Assembly (NCBI GenBank): GCA_002104905.1
Contig: MCFE01000510.1
Coordinates: 1 to 64,000 of the forward strand
Direction: 5' to 3'
Length of the DNA stretch: 64,000 bases
From: Basidiobolus meristosporus CBS 931.73
Lineage: Eukaryota > Fungi > Basidiobolomycota
Shown: piece after piece, positions 49,506-62,599 of the stretch
Layout of the letters: every line of letters begins with the position of its first letter
Numbering within the stretch: the first letter of the stretch is position 1
Notes under the pieces: generated by a model
The model's input: only the letters and a program-made list of their open reading frames with translations
Told to the model about the DNA's origin: nothing
Database searches by the model: none
Made by a program: the position numbers and the translations under genes

Positions 49506-51360
49506 ACATATTCAATAAATCATTGAGCTAAGACCATATATTCTGCTTGTGCTCTCAAACACTTCCAACATCTCCAAAACTCCAATGGCATGAATAACTA
49601 TAATGGACCTACAATTCAAGAGCTATAGGTTTATTAATTTTGCCATTACTTGAAGGTGCACACTTAAAAACCCATTTGCCCTACTACCTTACTGTTGTAA
49701 GATCCTAAGGAGAACTAGAAATAAATTGGAGAACTATTAGAACTCTACAATATTTACTTGTAGTTCTATTGAACTCAAATAAGTGCTTACACCTGTAAGG
49801 AAGTCTAGCAAAGCTAGTGATATAGATGGCTCAAGTAAGGTTCCAGGAAGCTAAGAACACAACTTAGGGGCTTTTGAATAAGTCTGAAAATACTGGTAAC
49901 TTCTAGTCCTTTGTTGATTTTAAGAACTAGCTTACAAACTAAATCTCAAGCATACAACTTATCAGTGAGCACAAAAGCTGAGTATAGTCTTTAGGTGAAT
50001 GAATGGCTTAGGTATAAGCTAATTTTTCAACATGTACTTATCTAATGGATTTAACTTTATCAAAAAGCAAGAGAATATTGGTATAGTGCTGGCAGAGTTT
50101 TGGGGATCTCAGCAGTGGTTGGGGGTGCATGCAGGCAATGCAGCCATCCATAGACAGAAGTACCCAGACTATTACCCTAAGACAATCCAAGTATATTCAA
50201 GATATACTAAAGAAGTACAAAATGGAAGACTGTAAACCAGCAGCTACCCCAATGGAGACAAACCTTAACTTGGTCAAAACTCAACCAAATCAAGAGAGCT
50301 TGGTATCATCTGAAAGCCCTGACTTTCCTTATCAATCTATGATTGGCAGTCTGATGTATATCATGCTTGGAACACGTCCAGATATCTCATATTCAGTGGG
50401 AGTTGTCAGCTAACATAATCAGAACTATGGACCTGATCATATTGCAGCAGTTAAGCGGATTTTTAGATACCTAAAAGGAACTGCTGATATGTACTTAAGA
50501 TACACCTATAAGCATTCAGAATGGATTTTGTGGGATACTCTGATGCTAATTGGGGACAAAATTTGGAAGACAGAAGATCCACCACAGGTTACACCTTTCT
50601 TTACTGTAAAGGAGCAATTTCATGGAACTCAATAAAGCAACCAACTGTAGCACTTTCTACCACAGAAGAAGAGTATATGGCAGCCTGTGAAGCTAAAAAA
50701 GAAGCAATGTGGGTAAGAAAGCTTTTTACAGACTTAGGCCTATGCCAAAAAACGCCTATTACTTTATTTCAAGATAATCAAGGATGTATACAATTAGGTA
50801 GAAATCCAACTTTTCATGCTAGAACTACGCACATAGATTTTAGACATCATTTCTTACAAAAAGCTATAGAGAATAACTTAGTGAGCTTAGTTTACTGTCC
50901 TTCAGATGAAATGATTGCAGACATATTTACCAAGCCATCAGCTAGAGACAAGTTTGAATATCTTAGATCAAAATTAGGACTAGTCAGTATGAGCATTTAG
51001 CCAGGTGGGAGTGTTGTAAAAGTCTGTAATTCCACCTAAATACTCACCTAACTTAGTCACTTAGATCATTACCTTCAAATCCTAGAGAATACTGACCAAA
51101 TTCCTTGTTGGGATTTACTTAGAATATTCTCACCAAAATACCAGGTACCCAGAACATGAGAATTCTCAAAGTTGTCCAAACAGCCCCAAACATTGCACAC
51201 ATGCTCTCAGGACCTTCCTTAATCTATTCTACATGTTTGCTATGCCAAGACCATGTAAAAGTATAAATGCTACTTTTACATTTAATAAATCATTCAGTGA
51301 AAAACACATAATCTACTTGTCATCCCAATCACTTCCAATATCTCCAAGACTCTTGGAACA
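49506..51360 (+). mobile_element. Internally deleted Ty1/Copia relic
   Basis: LTR remnant 49506-49580; RT/RNase H 50110-51000 (YQSMIGSLMY...TRPDISYSV; GYSDANWG, STTEEEY, FQDNQG, HIDFRHHF, MIADIFTKP); PPT GGTGGGAG; 3' LTR 51012-51360 (TG...CA). Confidence 0.88.
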
Positions 51361-51448
51361 ATATTCAGTCCCACAAGTAGAGCTGTATCTAGAAAGAGCC
51401 AGTCCAACAGTCCTCAGGAAGAAAAACAGCAAAAAGACCAGCAGAATA

Positions 51449-52758
51449 CTCTATGAAAAACCATTAAGAAAAGGCCAGCAGAATACCATGACAATATCAG
51501 CTTAATCCCAAGTCTCTCAACAACTGCAACTTGTAATATCACATGTATTAGCTATTTGGCAGATATGCAGACATATTGTCTAAGTGAAGACTTGGTTAAC
51601 TAGCATTTGAACCAGATTTGGTAATCAGATGCCACTTCCATCAGCAATTGTAACTTAAAATTTTAATGAGAAACACCAGCTTAATACCAGCAAAATACCA
51701 TTATAATGCCAGCAGATTATGCAAAGAAGATCATATAAATTTTAAGTTTGAGATTTTTCAATGGGAGTATGCTTACTTGAAGCAATAATGCTCACTGATT
51801 GGGCTCTCAGTCATGTAGGTATCTGAGGATGTCTTCAAAACTACATACCAGCCATTGTGTTCAGGCAGATAAGAATGTAACAAATGGACTATCTTTGGTA
51901 GAAGACCAGCAAATGTCTGTCATCAAACTACTAATGGTAGTTGCAAACCTGTTGTTGCCTCATATCTGTTTTTAAGGTTCTGCAGCTATCAGCAGTTTTT
52001 GGCAGAGCAAATAAATTGTGGGGTTTTCACTCAATAACTTATAGAGTGTCAGATATTGTTTGTACTTTTTGATTGTTTTAGCAGACCAACTATATGCAGT
52101 ATACCCAGAAATATATGTATATGAAGCTTGGGGCCAATTGAGTAGCTTTGAGACTTTTCATGTTCTGGGTTACAAATTCTACCTCTCAAAAAGTCTCAAA
52201 GTTGAAATTCTTGTTATAATGAAATAATAGTCTTTTGGTATTCTAATGATCTTTTGCTAACATTTGGCTTGTGTTTTCCTTCAAATTCTTAGTTCTAATT
52301 TCTTATGAAAGCAGTGAGGGCTGATTACCAGGTCTGATATGAATGCCATTTGTTATAGTGTCCTGCTGAGAATATATCTGCTTGTTTTCTAAACGGCCAG
52401 TGCCAAAGATATCAAGAATTGTTGATTTGAAGAAACTTGAAATTTGCCTGTTACTGAGCTAGGTAAATATCAATAAATAATTACAAAACTGTAGTAATAT
52501 TAATGCATTGTTATGACAATTAGGTGTATTGGCTAATATGCTAGAAGCAATGTTCCAGAGAAGTCAGGTGAAATAGAGAAGCATGATAGGTGGGCAATCT
52601 AAGTAGTGAAGTCAAAGTCCCATATAAAGAATGCAGTATCTTTGAGCCAATAAAGGAACTCAAGCAGCTCTCAGAAATTGACAGGAATATAGCCACTTGC
52701 AATGTAAAAGCAGAGGGATATTTTTACTGGCCTTTTCTTAATTTTTTTTTCTTAGGGG
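51449..52758. mobile_element. Probable decayed CACTA-derived non-autonomous sequence
   Basis: CTCTATGAAAAA at 51449 and TTTTTCTTAGGG at ~52757 resemble the CCCTA(T/G)GAAAAA TIR; internal motifs are shared with 22874-23191. No TSD. Confidence 0.35.
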
Positions 52759-53322
52759 CAGAATGCCAAGGCTTAATTGCATATATACTATAAGGCCATA
52801 AGACCGTATTTTATCATTGTCTCTTCATACAACCAATTGGGGAACTTGATGAACAAATAGTAACACTTTGGCACATGCAATCTAAGCACAAATGTCTTGG
52901 TTTCAAAACAAAATTGTAAGAGATTGGCCAGCTTCCAGAACAAATATCAATCTGCCGGTTATTTTGTAGCACATTAAGTCTTGCATGCATAGGAAGCATA
53001 CAAGAACACCATTCAGAAGCAGTGGGTACCAAAACTGAGGGGATAATGAATATAAATAGCTCAAGCCTCTTTGCAGATATATAAGATTAATTCTCAGGTA
53101 TAAGAGAGTATTAAGTCAGATTAGCAGCAGTAGCAATAGGTAGTTTAACATTGAGCTCATGAAGAGAAAAATGATAACTGTCACAAAGTCATGATGGCAA
53201 GAACCTGCAAAAAGAATACACTATTACAATAAAGCAAAGATCCCTCAAGAAATTTATCCACTGCTGCCAAATAAATGGGACAATGCAAGACACAAATAAG
53301 CTATATTCTGCACAGAAATCAG

Positions 53323-53885
53323 TGTTGTAAGAGTCTTGGAGATATTGGAAGTTATTTGGGAGGTCAAGTAGATTATGCGGTTTTCACTGAATGATTTATT
53401 GAATATAAAAGTAGTATATATACTTTTACATGGTCTTGGCATAGAAGACATGTAGGATATGCTAAGGAAGGTCCCAAGAGCATGTGTGCAAAGCTTGGGG
53501 CTGTTTGGACAACATTGAGAATTTTCATGTTCTGGGTGTTGTAAGAGTCTTGGAGATATTGGAAGTGATTGGGAGAACAAGTAGATTTTGTGGTTTTCAC
53601 TTAATGATTTATTGAATGTAAAAGTAGTATTTATACTTTTACATGGTCTTGGCATAGAAGACATGTAGGATAGGCTAAGGAAGGTCCCAAGAGCATGTGT
53701 GCAAAGTTTGGGGCTGTTTGGACAACTTTGAGAATTTTCATGTTCTGGGTATCTGGTATTTTGGTGAAAATATTTTAAGTAAATCCCAACAAGGAATTTG
53801 GTTAGTATTCTTTAGGATTTGAGGGTAATGATCTAACTGACTAATTTAGGTGGATATTTAGGTGGAATTACAAATTTTTACAACA
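53323..53885 (-). mobile_element. Complete Copia LTR (53537-53885) abutting a partial LTR (53323-53536)
   Basis: Reverse complement of the 51012-51360 LTR family; TGTTGTAAGAGTCTTGGAG occurs at both 53323 and 53537. Confidence 0.9.
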
Positions 53886-55139
53886 ACCAGAAATATAAGA
53901 ATATGCAAACTGACTTGGTAGGTCAAGTAAAAGATGTAAGTTGTATTCCAAAATTGCATAATGATCTTAGCTACAATCAGTTCCCACTGCCATATATCTC
54001 AAGTGCAAGAGCCATTGAAGCATACATCTGAGTATTTTATAGCTTCATCTGATATCTGCTTGAGGTGGACCTATGGAGACATAGAACAAGACTTTTTGGT
54101 GTATTCTGATTCAGTCTGAGAAAAAATATTGATGTGAGAAGCTCCAATATTGATGCCTAGTAAGTGATTGTAAGGGAGCAATATTAGGAGATTCAAATGA
54201 GCATGTAGAATAGACTTTTTCATCTACACAGAAAGTATGAGTGGCTACCTGTGAGTGTTGTGCATCAACATTTAAAGCTTGGCCAGTTTACTAAGTTAAA
54301 ATCTGACACCCTTGAGGATTTTCCCTGACCCAAGCATAACTAATCCCAGTACCAGTTTATTTTATCCTGTCTTGGAATCTGTTTTTATTTGTCACACCTG
54401 ATCAACTCTCATGGGGTCTTAGGTCATCAACTGATCTGCCAAGCCTTCCCAGGTGATTAGTGATCTGAGATCTATCCAACTGCCTAGTAGCTGCCAGATC
54501 ATTAGCAGATTGATGAAGCAATTCTCTTATATCTCATGCACCAAACAACACCTGTATTGATTTCAATTAATCCAGTCTCTTGGCACATACTGGTTGAACT
54601 TGATCAGAAAGTATAAACAAAGTTTACTAAAATTTTTGGTTTAGTGTGTTTTTCACCAAGATCAAGATTGTGTCCCAGCAAAATTAAGAATTCAACAACT
54701 CTGGTCTGCTTCAATCCAAGCTTAGAATGTCTAGGACTCCTAAGAATACTAAGCCTAGTCTGCAGAGTAAACCAACACCAGAGCCTTTATAGCTAAAACT
54801 AGCTATATCCAAGACTAATATTAGACTAGAGCCTTTCTGCTAATATTTTGCCACCCACTGACAATTCTAACATTTGGCACTCAACTGTCTCTTTGGTTCA
54901 CTTATACCATTCATGAGTACTAATACATATCTCTCTTGGATACAACAGTGAGACTATTTAGGAGTAATATAGCCAAGGTTACTACTTATAAATATTGGTT
55001 TATGCCATATCCCCCTATACAAATATCTCAGCCCTTTTAAAAGATGCTAAACTTTGAGCTCATTGATTGATCTGCAGATATTTCACTAGTCATCAAATGG
55101 TAGATCATTGGGATTTGGCTTGAGATTTTCTTTCTACTT

Positions 55140-55358
55140 AATGGCTACAATTCTTGGTGAAAGTAGTCAGTAGATGGTTACCAAATTTGGTATGAATGCT
55201 GGTAGGCCAAGCCTCCACCTGGAAATACTTCTGCCTATCTGCCAATTAAATAATATCTGAGATATTGAAAGTTGTAAGCTAACAGAAACTCTGAATTTAG
55301 TTAATATTATGGCAGTATCCTGCTAGCCTTATTTTTGTTTTTTTTTCTCAGTCTAGGG
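55140..55358. repeat. Right end of another mini-CACTA family copy
   Basis: Similar to 23010-23191 (GTTACCAA..TGGTATGAATG..GGCC.AG.CTCCACCTGGA) and ends ...TTTTCTCAGTCTAGGG. Confidence 0.65.
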
Positions 55359-58300
55359 CAACCAAGGATGCAAAGTGCTTGATAGAAATCCAACTCATCA
55401 TGCTGCAATCAACAATGCAGATACTAGGCATCTTTTTATATAGGTAGCTCATGGAGGATATCTTGATTAAATATGTTAATTGGCTTATCAATCAAGTAAT
55501 TGCACACTTATTTTAAGACCAGTAGGTAGAGAGCTACTAGTATATCCTAGGTTGCAATTGGCTCAACTCAGTATTGATATTGAATAGAACTGTAGTGTTG
55601 AAATTTATGTAGTAAAACTTGCTGGTTTCCCTGGCTTTGTTAGTCAGAATATGGTATAAAGCAATTTGAATATACTGCAAAACTCCTTATTGAGATTTGC
55701 CCTTATTAGCTGACCAGATGAGAAGGTACCTTGCATGTAAGAAAGTGCAAGGTTCCACCAAGTACCTCTCTGCTTGCACATATCCACCTTTGACTTTTCT
55801 AAATATACTCAACAAGCTAGCTCTGCCAGAAACATGTAAATGCATGAATACCACTTTGGCATTTTTTGTATCTGCAAGAGTGAGCCATATGGCAAACTTG
55901 TTTCACCAACCGCTTCCTATTTCTGCAAACTACTAGAGCACTACTTTTAAACTGAAGAATTTGGACTGATACAGATATAATGTCATAGAAATCTTGCAGG
56001 TAAGTACATCCTGGTGCTGTAATATATCTGGATCTTTGACACAATGGATCAATGCCAATTTGTATCAAGGCTTTGAAGCCTTCCAGTGACAGTAATAGTG
56101 GCACTCATAGCTTGCTGCAGCATCTTGGAAAGTATAAACATCAATCACAAGAGTTACAGGAATTCCATCATTTGCTCAGTATTGGAATCACACAGGTTAT
56201 TCAGGTTCTTGAACATTATTGAAAATCTTGGAAATTTTCAGTCTAAAAAAACTTCAGTTATTAGCTGATGTGGTACCAGCTGAATTTCAAGTTTTTTAAG
56301 ATTTAGTAATATACTATTCAGAATCCTGATATATTGCAATGGCTTGTTTGTTGGCTATATCCCTGTGAGAAATCTCATACTTGGAGTTCATTTGAGAATA
56401 CATTGCTATTCTGCTTACACTCTGATGGTATTTTGCTGGCATTCTGCTGGTGTTTTCTCTTTTAGCATTTAACTAAAATTCATTGCTGAACAAATTTAAA
56501 GCTAATCACCAAGTTTAGTGTTCACACTACTTAGACAAGTTTCCTTCTAGCAAATGTGGCATTTGTTTTGTCTGTTAAACAGAAGGTACCTCAAATATTG
56601 AGAGTTGTAATATTAGAAAACCTTGGAGATCAAGTGACATTGCATGGGTGCTCTACTAGCCTTTAGTTAATTATCCTTCACAGGGTACATCACATTCATT
56701 GTCTCCAATAGTGTGGTATAACTTGCTGTTAACCTGAGTACAATGTGGATCAAGATATGAAGCTTTGCATCATAGTTTGGGATGCACTAGTACTCTGTCA
56801 TACTCTGACTAGCCAAGATGGTATAACAATCAAGTTACAATATTCTATTCTAGCTTATCAAGACCAGAGAATCTGAGCTGTTAATCTGACAGTCTTCCAT
56901 AGACATATGAAGAGTCATATACTAAGCTCCTACTTAAATTTTGAGACAAAATCTTGGAACCCCACTATTAACCTACACAAGGGTAACTTTCTCCACCATA
57001 TCAGAAGCTTGCATTCATGCACACTCCTACATATCAACCAGTAAGTTCAAACACTTGATTGGGTAGTTCATCTATGCTGAAAATATGTAGCTCACACTAA
57101 TATATGTCATATACCTTAGAATTCAATAGTTCTTGTTGCTAAGATTTCAGTGGTTAGCTCAAAATTTAGATTTGAGTTATGTCTAGTTCTTAGAAATCTT
57201 AGCATAAGAGAGAGTCAGCTTTACCTTGATGTATTGAACTGAAACAACAAATTTGAGCATTTTGCCAAGCATTGCTACAGTTATGCAAGGTGTGGTGAGG
57301 GCTGAATATGCAGTTGCAAGCTATTTGCATAAGATGTTGTGATGGTTTCTAATACTATACAATGGAAGAATGAGGATGGACTAAGTTACTGGGGTAGATC
57401 CAATATTCTGACCATTAGCCTAGTAAAAAAGCATGTACATGAGCTGGTGTCATACTAGCTAATTGCAACAGCAAATATCTAGTTTATTGCCTAGTCCAAA
57501 GCACTAACCAGATGTCAATTACAAATATCATTAATTTAGGAATCAATAAGTACCTTTGAACATCGACTAATGGCTGACTAATACGCAGGTTTCAACTCTA
57601 AACACTGTGCAAGATACTGCTGCTTTTCATGAAAAGTTATTTGATGCATAATATGTCTCAGAATTGGTGAGTGCTCATTTGTAATCTCCCACCGGAAGAG
57701 CCCGTGTGGCAAAAGTTTCAACTCCCCTACCTCATAGCAGACCAGCCTGGCCAATATTCAATCAAGCCCCAACTGGACGCAATCTGCAGTTGATGAATAG
57801 GCCAATCTCACTTCGGGTGAAGATTATGCCGAAAATCAAGGGTACCTTGACCACATCTGAGTTTATGTCAGATTCAGATACAGTCAACCTCTGCGCCACG
57901 ACATTTACGTAAGTACCATATTAGCAGATACATGTGGCTGCAATGGTTCAAGGAGATGGCATGGTTGGTACGTTGAGACACCCACTTTACATTGGTTTCT
58001 GGTCAACCCAAATTGCTTGGTCATCCATCACTTGCTTCCGTAGTCACATTGAGCCGGTTATGGTCGGGAAGATAATTGATTCGATAATCAATCATCACAA
58101 TTCATGATTGATCTCAGCTTGAGTGCTTTGGCTGTTACGCAAATCCATCAACCAGTTCCTAGAACATTATGATCTAATGGCATGAGAGAGATTCCAAAAT
58201 CGATTGAACCCTGTGACCATCTTCCTCGGTCATTTTGGACGGAGTCGGGGGAGGGTCAGCTGAGACCATGCGGCCCGCTATTTGAGGATATATATCAATT

Positions 58301-61142
58301 CCCTTAAATAGATCCTGACCAGGTCAATGCCAATCCCGGTTTGTCCGGAATGATCCGGACAGCGAGGCGAGCCGTTCTTACGACCTCCATTATCATTTGC
58401 TGAATCTTATACACTCTGTATGAGTGGACTGCATACCAAACCCTAAGCCAATTTGTGTGACCACGGAAGCAGCTATTATACAACCCTCCGATATACTCAA
58501 AATCGCCCCGCTCATTGCCGGCCTATTGCCATCTCATCCGTTAGTAAGATAACGGGGCCGGTTTGTCATCAAGGTACATTAGCTCCAGATACCATCAGGT
58601 GACGGATCCATGCGCACATTATGAAGACGAAGAGGAAGAAGTAACAATTGCACAACATTCGATTCCCCGTTTCCAGTATCTGTATCAAACACACCAGGTG
58701 ATTAGTTTACATGTAAAAGTTCCTGGCATATCCACTGCCAAAACCATTATATTTCTTGATGACTGGATCCAGCCAGTAGCACAGATTCTGCGATAAATCC
58801 AACCTTTAGGAATACACTAGCGCCCGCACATACTGAAGTGCGGATCCGAGGATCTTATGGAGAGGGTTGGGACCACGGCTGCCAGGTATCCGATCGTACT
58901 GCTGACTTGACTAATATCCGTGGCTTGCTGAATAGTTTTAGCCAATGCATTCAAAGCAATGACTAATCACGGGGCACTGTTGTGATAGCTATAATGGCAC
59001 CATTCATATACATGGTGCTATGATACGATACGTGGGTTAGAGTTTGAGAAAGAGAGGGCCATCTGACGCATCCACCACCCTAGTGGATTGCTGTGGCTAG
59101 CTCGCTGTCTGAACGATTCCCCATACCGGAGCCATTTGAAAAGCACCAAACGTCCCTTTGTCCCACGCAGCCTGTATTGCAAGTGCCGCGGTTTTCATCT
59201 AATCGGAAATTCGAGTCCCTCCATCAGCTAGCTTGCTGGTGTCAATGATCATAAGCTTGCATCAATGTAGTTGTGGCCACAGCTGCATTACCGATGCCGT
59301 ATATTCTATAACAAACTCTTCCGTGATGAAGGGCAGGCTCCGAACCTTCCCCTGTTCCAATTTTGGCATTGGGTGATTCAGGTATCCCAGCGCCATCTGG
59401 TATCCATTGAAAATTTATGCAGTGAGCCTAGCAGATTGTGATACCATATAAATTTATGCTCTATTCAATATCACAGAACATGATTAGCAGATGCAGTGGT
59501 ACCCTTCTTGGTCATTGTGAACGAGGCTGATTCATCGATTCCATCAGATGACCCTCTACGTACTGAACCAGATGAAATACTTGTTTCGAGCCTTTCGTTC
59601 CAGTCCCATGATCACCAGGCACCTCAACATTGAACTGCCATGTTAACTGGGTTTCCATACTTGGTGGTGATCCTGAACATATGTGTGGTAACTGGCTCTG
59701 ATCCACATTGCCACCACCCTGTTGCATTGTAAACAAGCCTGCATTCTGTTCTACCGCGTAGAAAACACTATGCGGCCTTGACCAACTCATTTAGTTCTGG
59801 ACGATACGCATCAGTGTTATGTGGGGAGTGATTCTGAATCAATGGCCGCACCACTTCCGTAATTCTCCAGTACGATAAAATCTCCTAACAATACCCTGCA
59901 GGGGAATGGAATGCCGTGTACAAGTTGGGAATATTATATTCCGGATCTAGGCCGCCAGCTGCTGACTCTCTTCACCCACTATGCTGCTGTCGAATCTTCG
60001 TGAGATACATGGAGATTTGATTGAAAATGGCCGTGATCAACCAACAATGGAAGAGTTCACGGTTTAGCAATGCTGGCCGGAACTATCTGGAATAAGAGTA
60101 ACGAGCCCTGGCTTTGTGCACCAACTGGCCACCCATTAAGAAATTCGGCAAAGCAAAAAAGGCTAGTTCGGCGAACCCGCAAATTTAATCAGTTGATCCT
60201 AAATGAACTCGGCAATTCAGCCAACAATTGTTGATGTCCATTCTTAGCATGTTTGCCAAGCGATAGTGTAGGTGTCGGTGTGGTATTCCCACCAACGACA
60301 AAAGACGGCGTCAAACGCATCTAATGCGGTTCAGTCTTCACTAGCACATGCCAGCACATCAACCAAGGATCCGAGAGACGCTGGAGCAAGGCAGCGGAAG
60401 ACGCATTAAAACTTTATCTGATAGATCTGGCGCCATTCAATGCAGCAGCTCTGTGGAATGCAACTCACTTGTGTATTTGAGGGGTGTATACTGAGATGCA
60501 AATTTATGGAGTATTGTGGTGAAGCGTACATCCAGCTATCGTCGCATTACCTATCTTCGAGTGTTTCATTGTTTCTGTGGCCGCATTATCATTCAGATAG
60601 GGATTTGGCAATCAAATGACTTATCAGCCAAAGCCTCTACCAACGCGGCCTGCCGTGCCATTGGTGAGCTTAAATGAAAGGCTGCTGTAAAATCGGATCC
60701 CTGCTCCTCTTGGTTTCTGAAACGGATATTTTCATATATGTGGGCACCTGACTTCATCACACCACCCCTCATTCATCAGATCCTGATCACTTGGATTTGG
60801 AATCCTATCTTCGGTTGAAATTTGAGAATTGGCACAATCTCGCCTCTAAAATGGATTGTATGGTGATCAAGCAACCCGTAGCCCAAGCGGCCGAAAATTA
60901 TATAAACTCTTGCCAACCCCGCAAATAACATCAATTTGCTCACTCGGAATTTCTTCCGTTTTTCGTTCACCCGTCCTTGCTATTTATCGGCCCCACTGCC
61001 TAATCTAATCCATAATCAACTGCGCTTGCCGATTTCGCAACCTGGATTTTTACCTATCATTCTTGAATCGCCCTGTCCCCTCCTTACTACCACGCCTACC
61101 CTCCCGGCTACAAGAGATCTTTAATCCCAACCAATTGGCAAA

Positions 61143-62284
61143 ATGTCTTATCGTCGTCAGTACATCGAGTCGAGCACAGCTGCCAAGAACAGGATTAGCT
61201 CGAAGGAGGCGTTGCTGCTGTCGCAGTACTCTAACATCATGGCTAATCTCGACTCCTTAACCCTGAAGCAGGACGGTTACCGGACAACGAAGCGAGCCTC
61301 AAGCATACCATTGCCTAATAAACAAATCACCGAGAAGTTGGCAGTAAATCAGGTTGTGGACAAGTTTGTCTCCGCCTCACTCTCCAGAATCGCCCATCAC
61401 TCCAATGGCCGCAAAGCTGCGCGTCACGAGGCCCCGTTTGACGGCGTCGAGCTTGACTTCCCCACGGTCAAATCACCCTACGACATCAGTCCCGTGGATG
61501 GGAATCTAGAGCAACCCTCATTTGACGCCTTGAATAACATTCCTCTAGCTACCTTTTCGTACCACGAGATCCCATTCGAGGATGAAGATTTACTTCCCAA
61601 TTACACCCAAGACTTGCCATGCTCACCACCACCTCCCTATCCAAGTAGTGAATATCCGTTTATGAAACAGACCCCAAGCTCCGATGCACCCAGGAAGGAG
61701 GGTTGGCTTGTATTGGTTGAGGCTAGAAAAGCCATGTGTACCAAATTCCCCCCCACCCAAGTACTGTACACCAAATATGTTAATGAACTGATGAATAGCC
61801 GCCCGAGAGTAGATGGAAGACCATCTCGGATCTCCACCAACACGAGGCGCCTCGTAAAAGACCCACATGGTATCTGCTGGCCATTGAGGGGTGAGAGAAG
61901 AAACCGAAAGTACCATTTCGATAATTTTCTCCCACCCAGAATATCTGGTGCACGTGAAATCAGATCCAATAAAGATCAAATGCGAATTATGGCTTTGGAA
62001 GCGAGCATGCAGAAAGGTAAATTCCCCAATATCCACCGCCACTTTCTGCCCATTAACTAACCATCTCCCTAGCCGACAAGATCAGCACTCCATTGAGGTC
62101 ACGGTTTTCGCTTCCTAAACGCGCAGGCAAGTTTACGGCCAACATCCCAAGTCGCTTACGTAACTCAAGCACCTTGGAAGATCTTGTGTGGGAAACGTAT
62201 TACGACGAATTGAACTCCATCAACACCGCACCGGCCCACAAATCCTCTAGCTTTAATGTGTTAAACTTCGACCCTGATGCGTAG
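61143..62284 (+). CDS. Hypothetical protein with a PPPPY motif and a conserved-looking C-terminal RIMALE..M.KA.KI..PLR.R..LPKR motif (2 exons)
   Basis: ORF 61143 spliced at 62017-62072 (GTAAAT...CTAAC...CCTAG) into ORF ending 62284; CpG-rich coding-like sequence. Confidence 0.78.
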
Positions 62285-62599
62285 CCGAAGCACCCATACT
62301 ACACGCAACTCAGCATAAATCCGACCATTGTACAAAACACTCACCCACCCCTGCTAACGCCTCTCCGATGTAAATGTTTATGTTCTATAATACTCAGCCT
62401 TGTATGGGTTGATACCATGACAAGAAATTACCGTAATACGCCTCAAATAAAACTGTCATTTTGTACAACCAAAAAGGGATACACCAGTTCTGATATATTG
62501 AGCGGAGCCACGTAAAGTGGTATTTTCTTGATAACTTTTTAGAATATCGGGATGAGCCACCTCTTTATCAAGCAGTTGACTAAAAGAACCTATCATGGT

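Noticed and set aside
55690-56240. Protein-like broken frame on the - strand in the CpG-poor block
   Set aside because: Probably a TE relic, but no catalytic motif could be identified.
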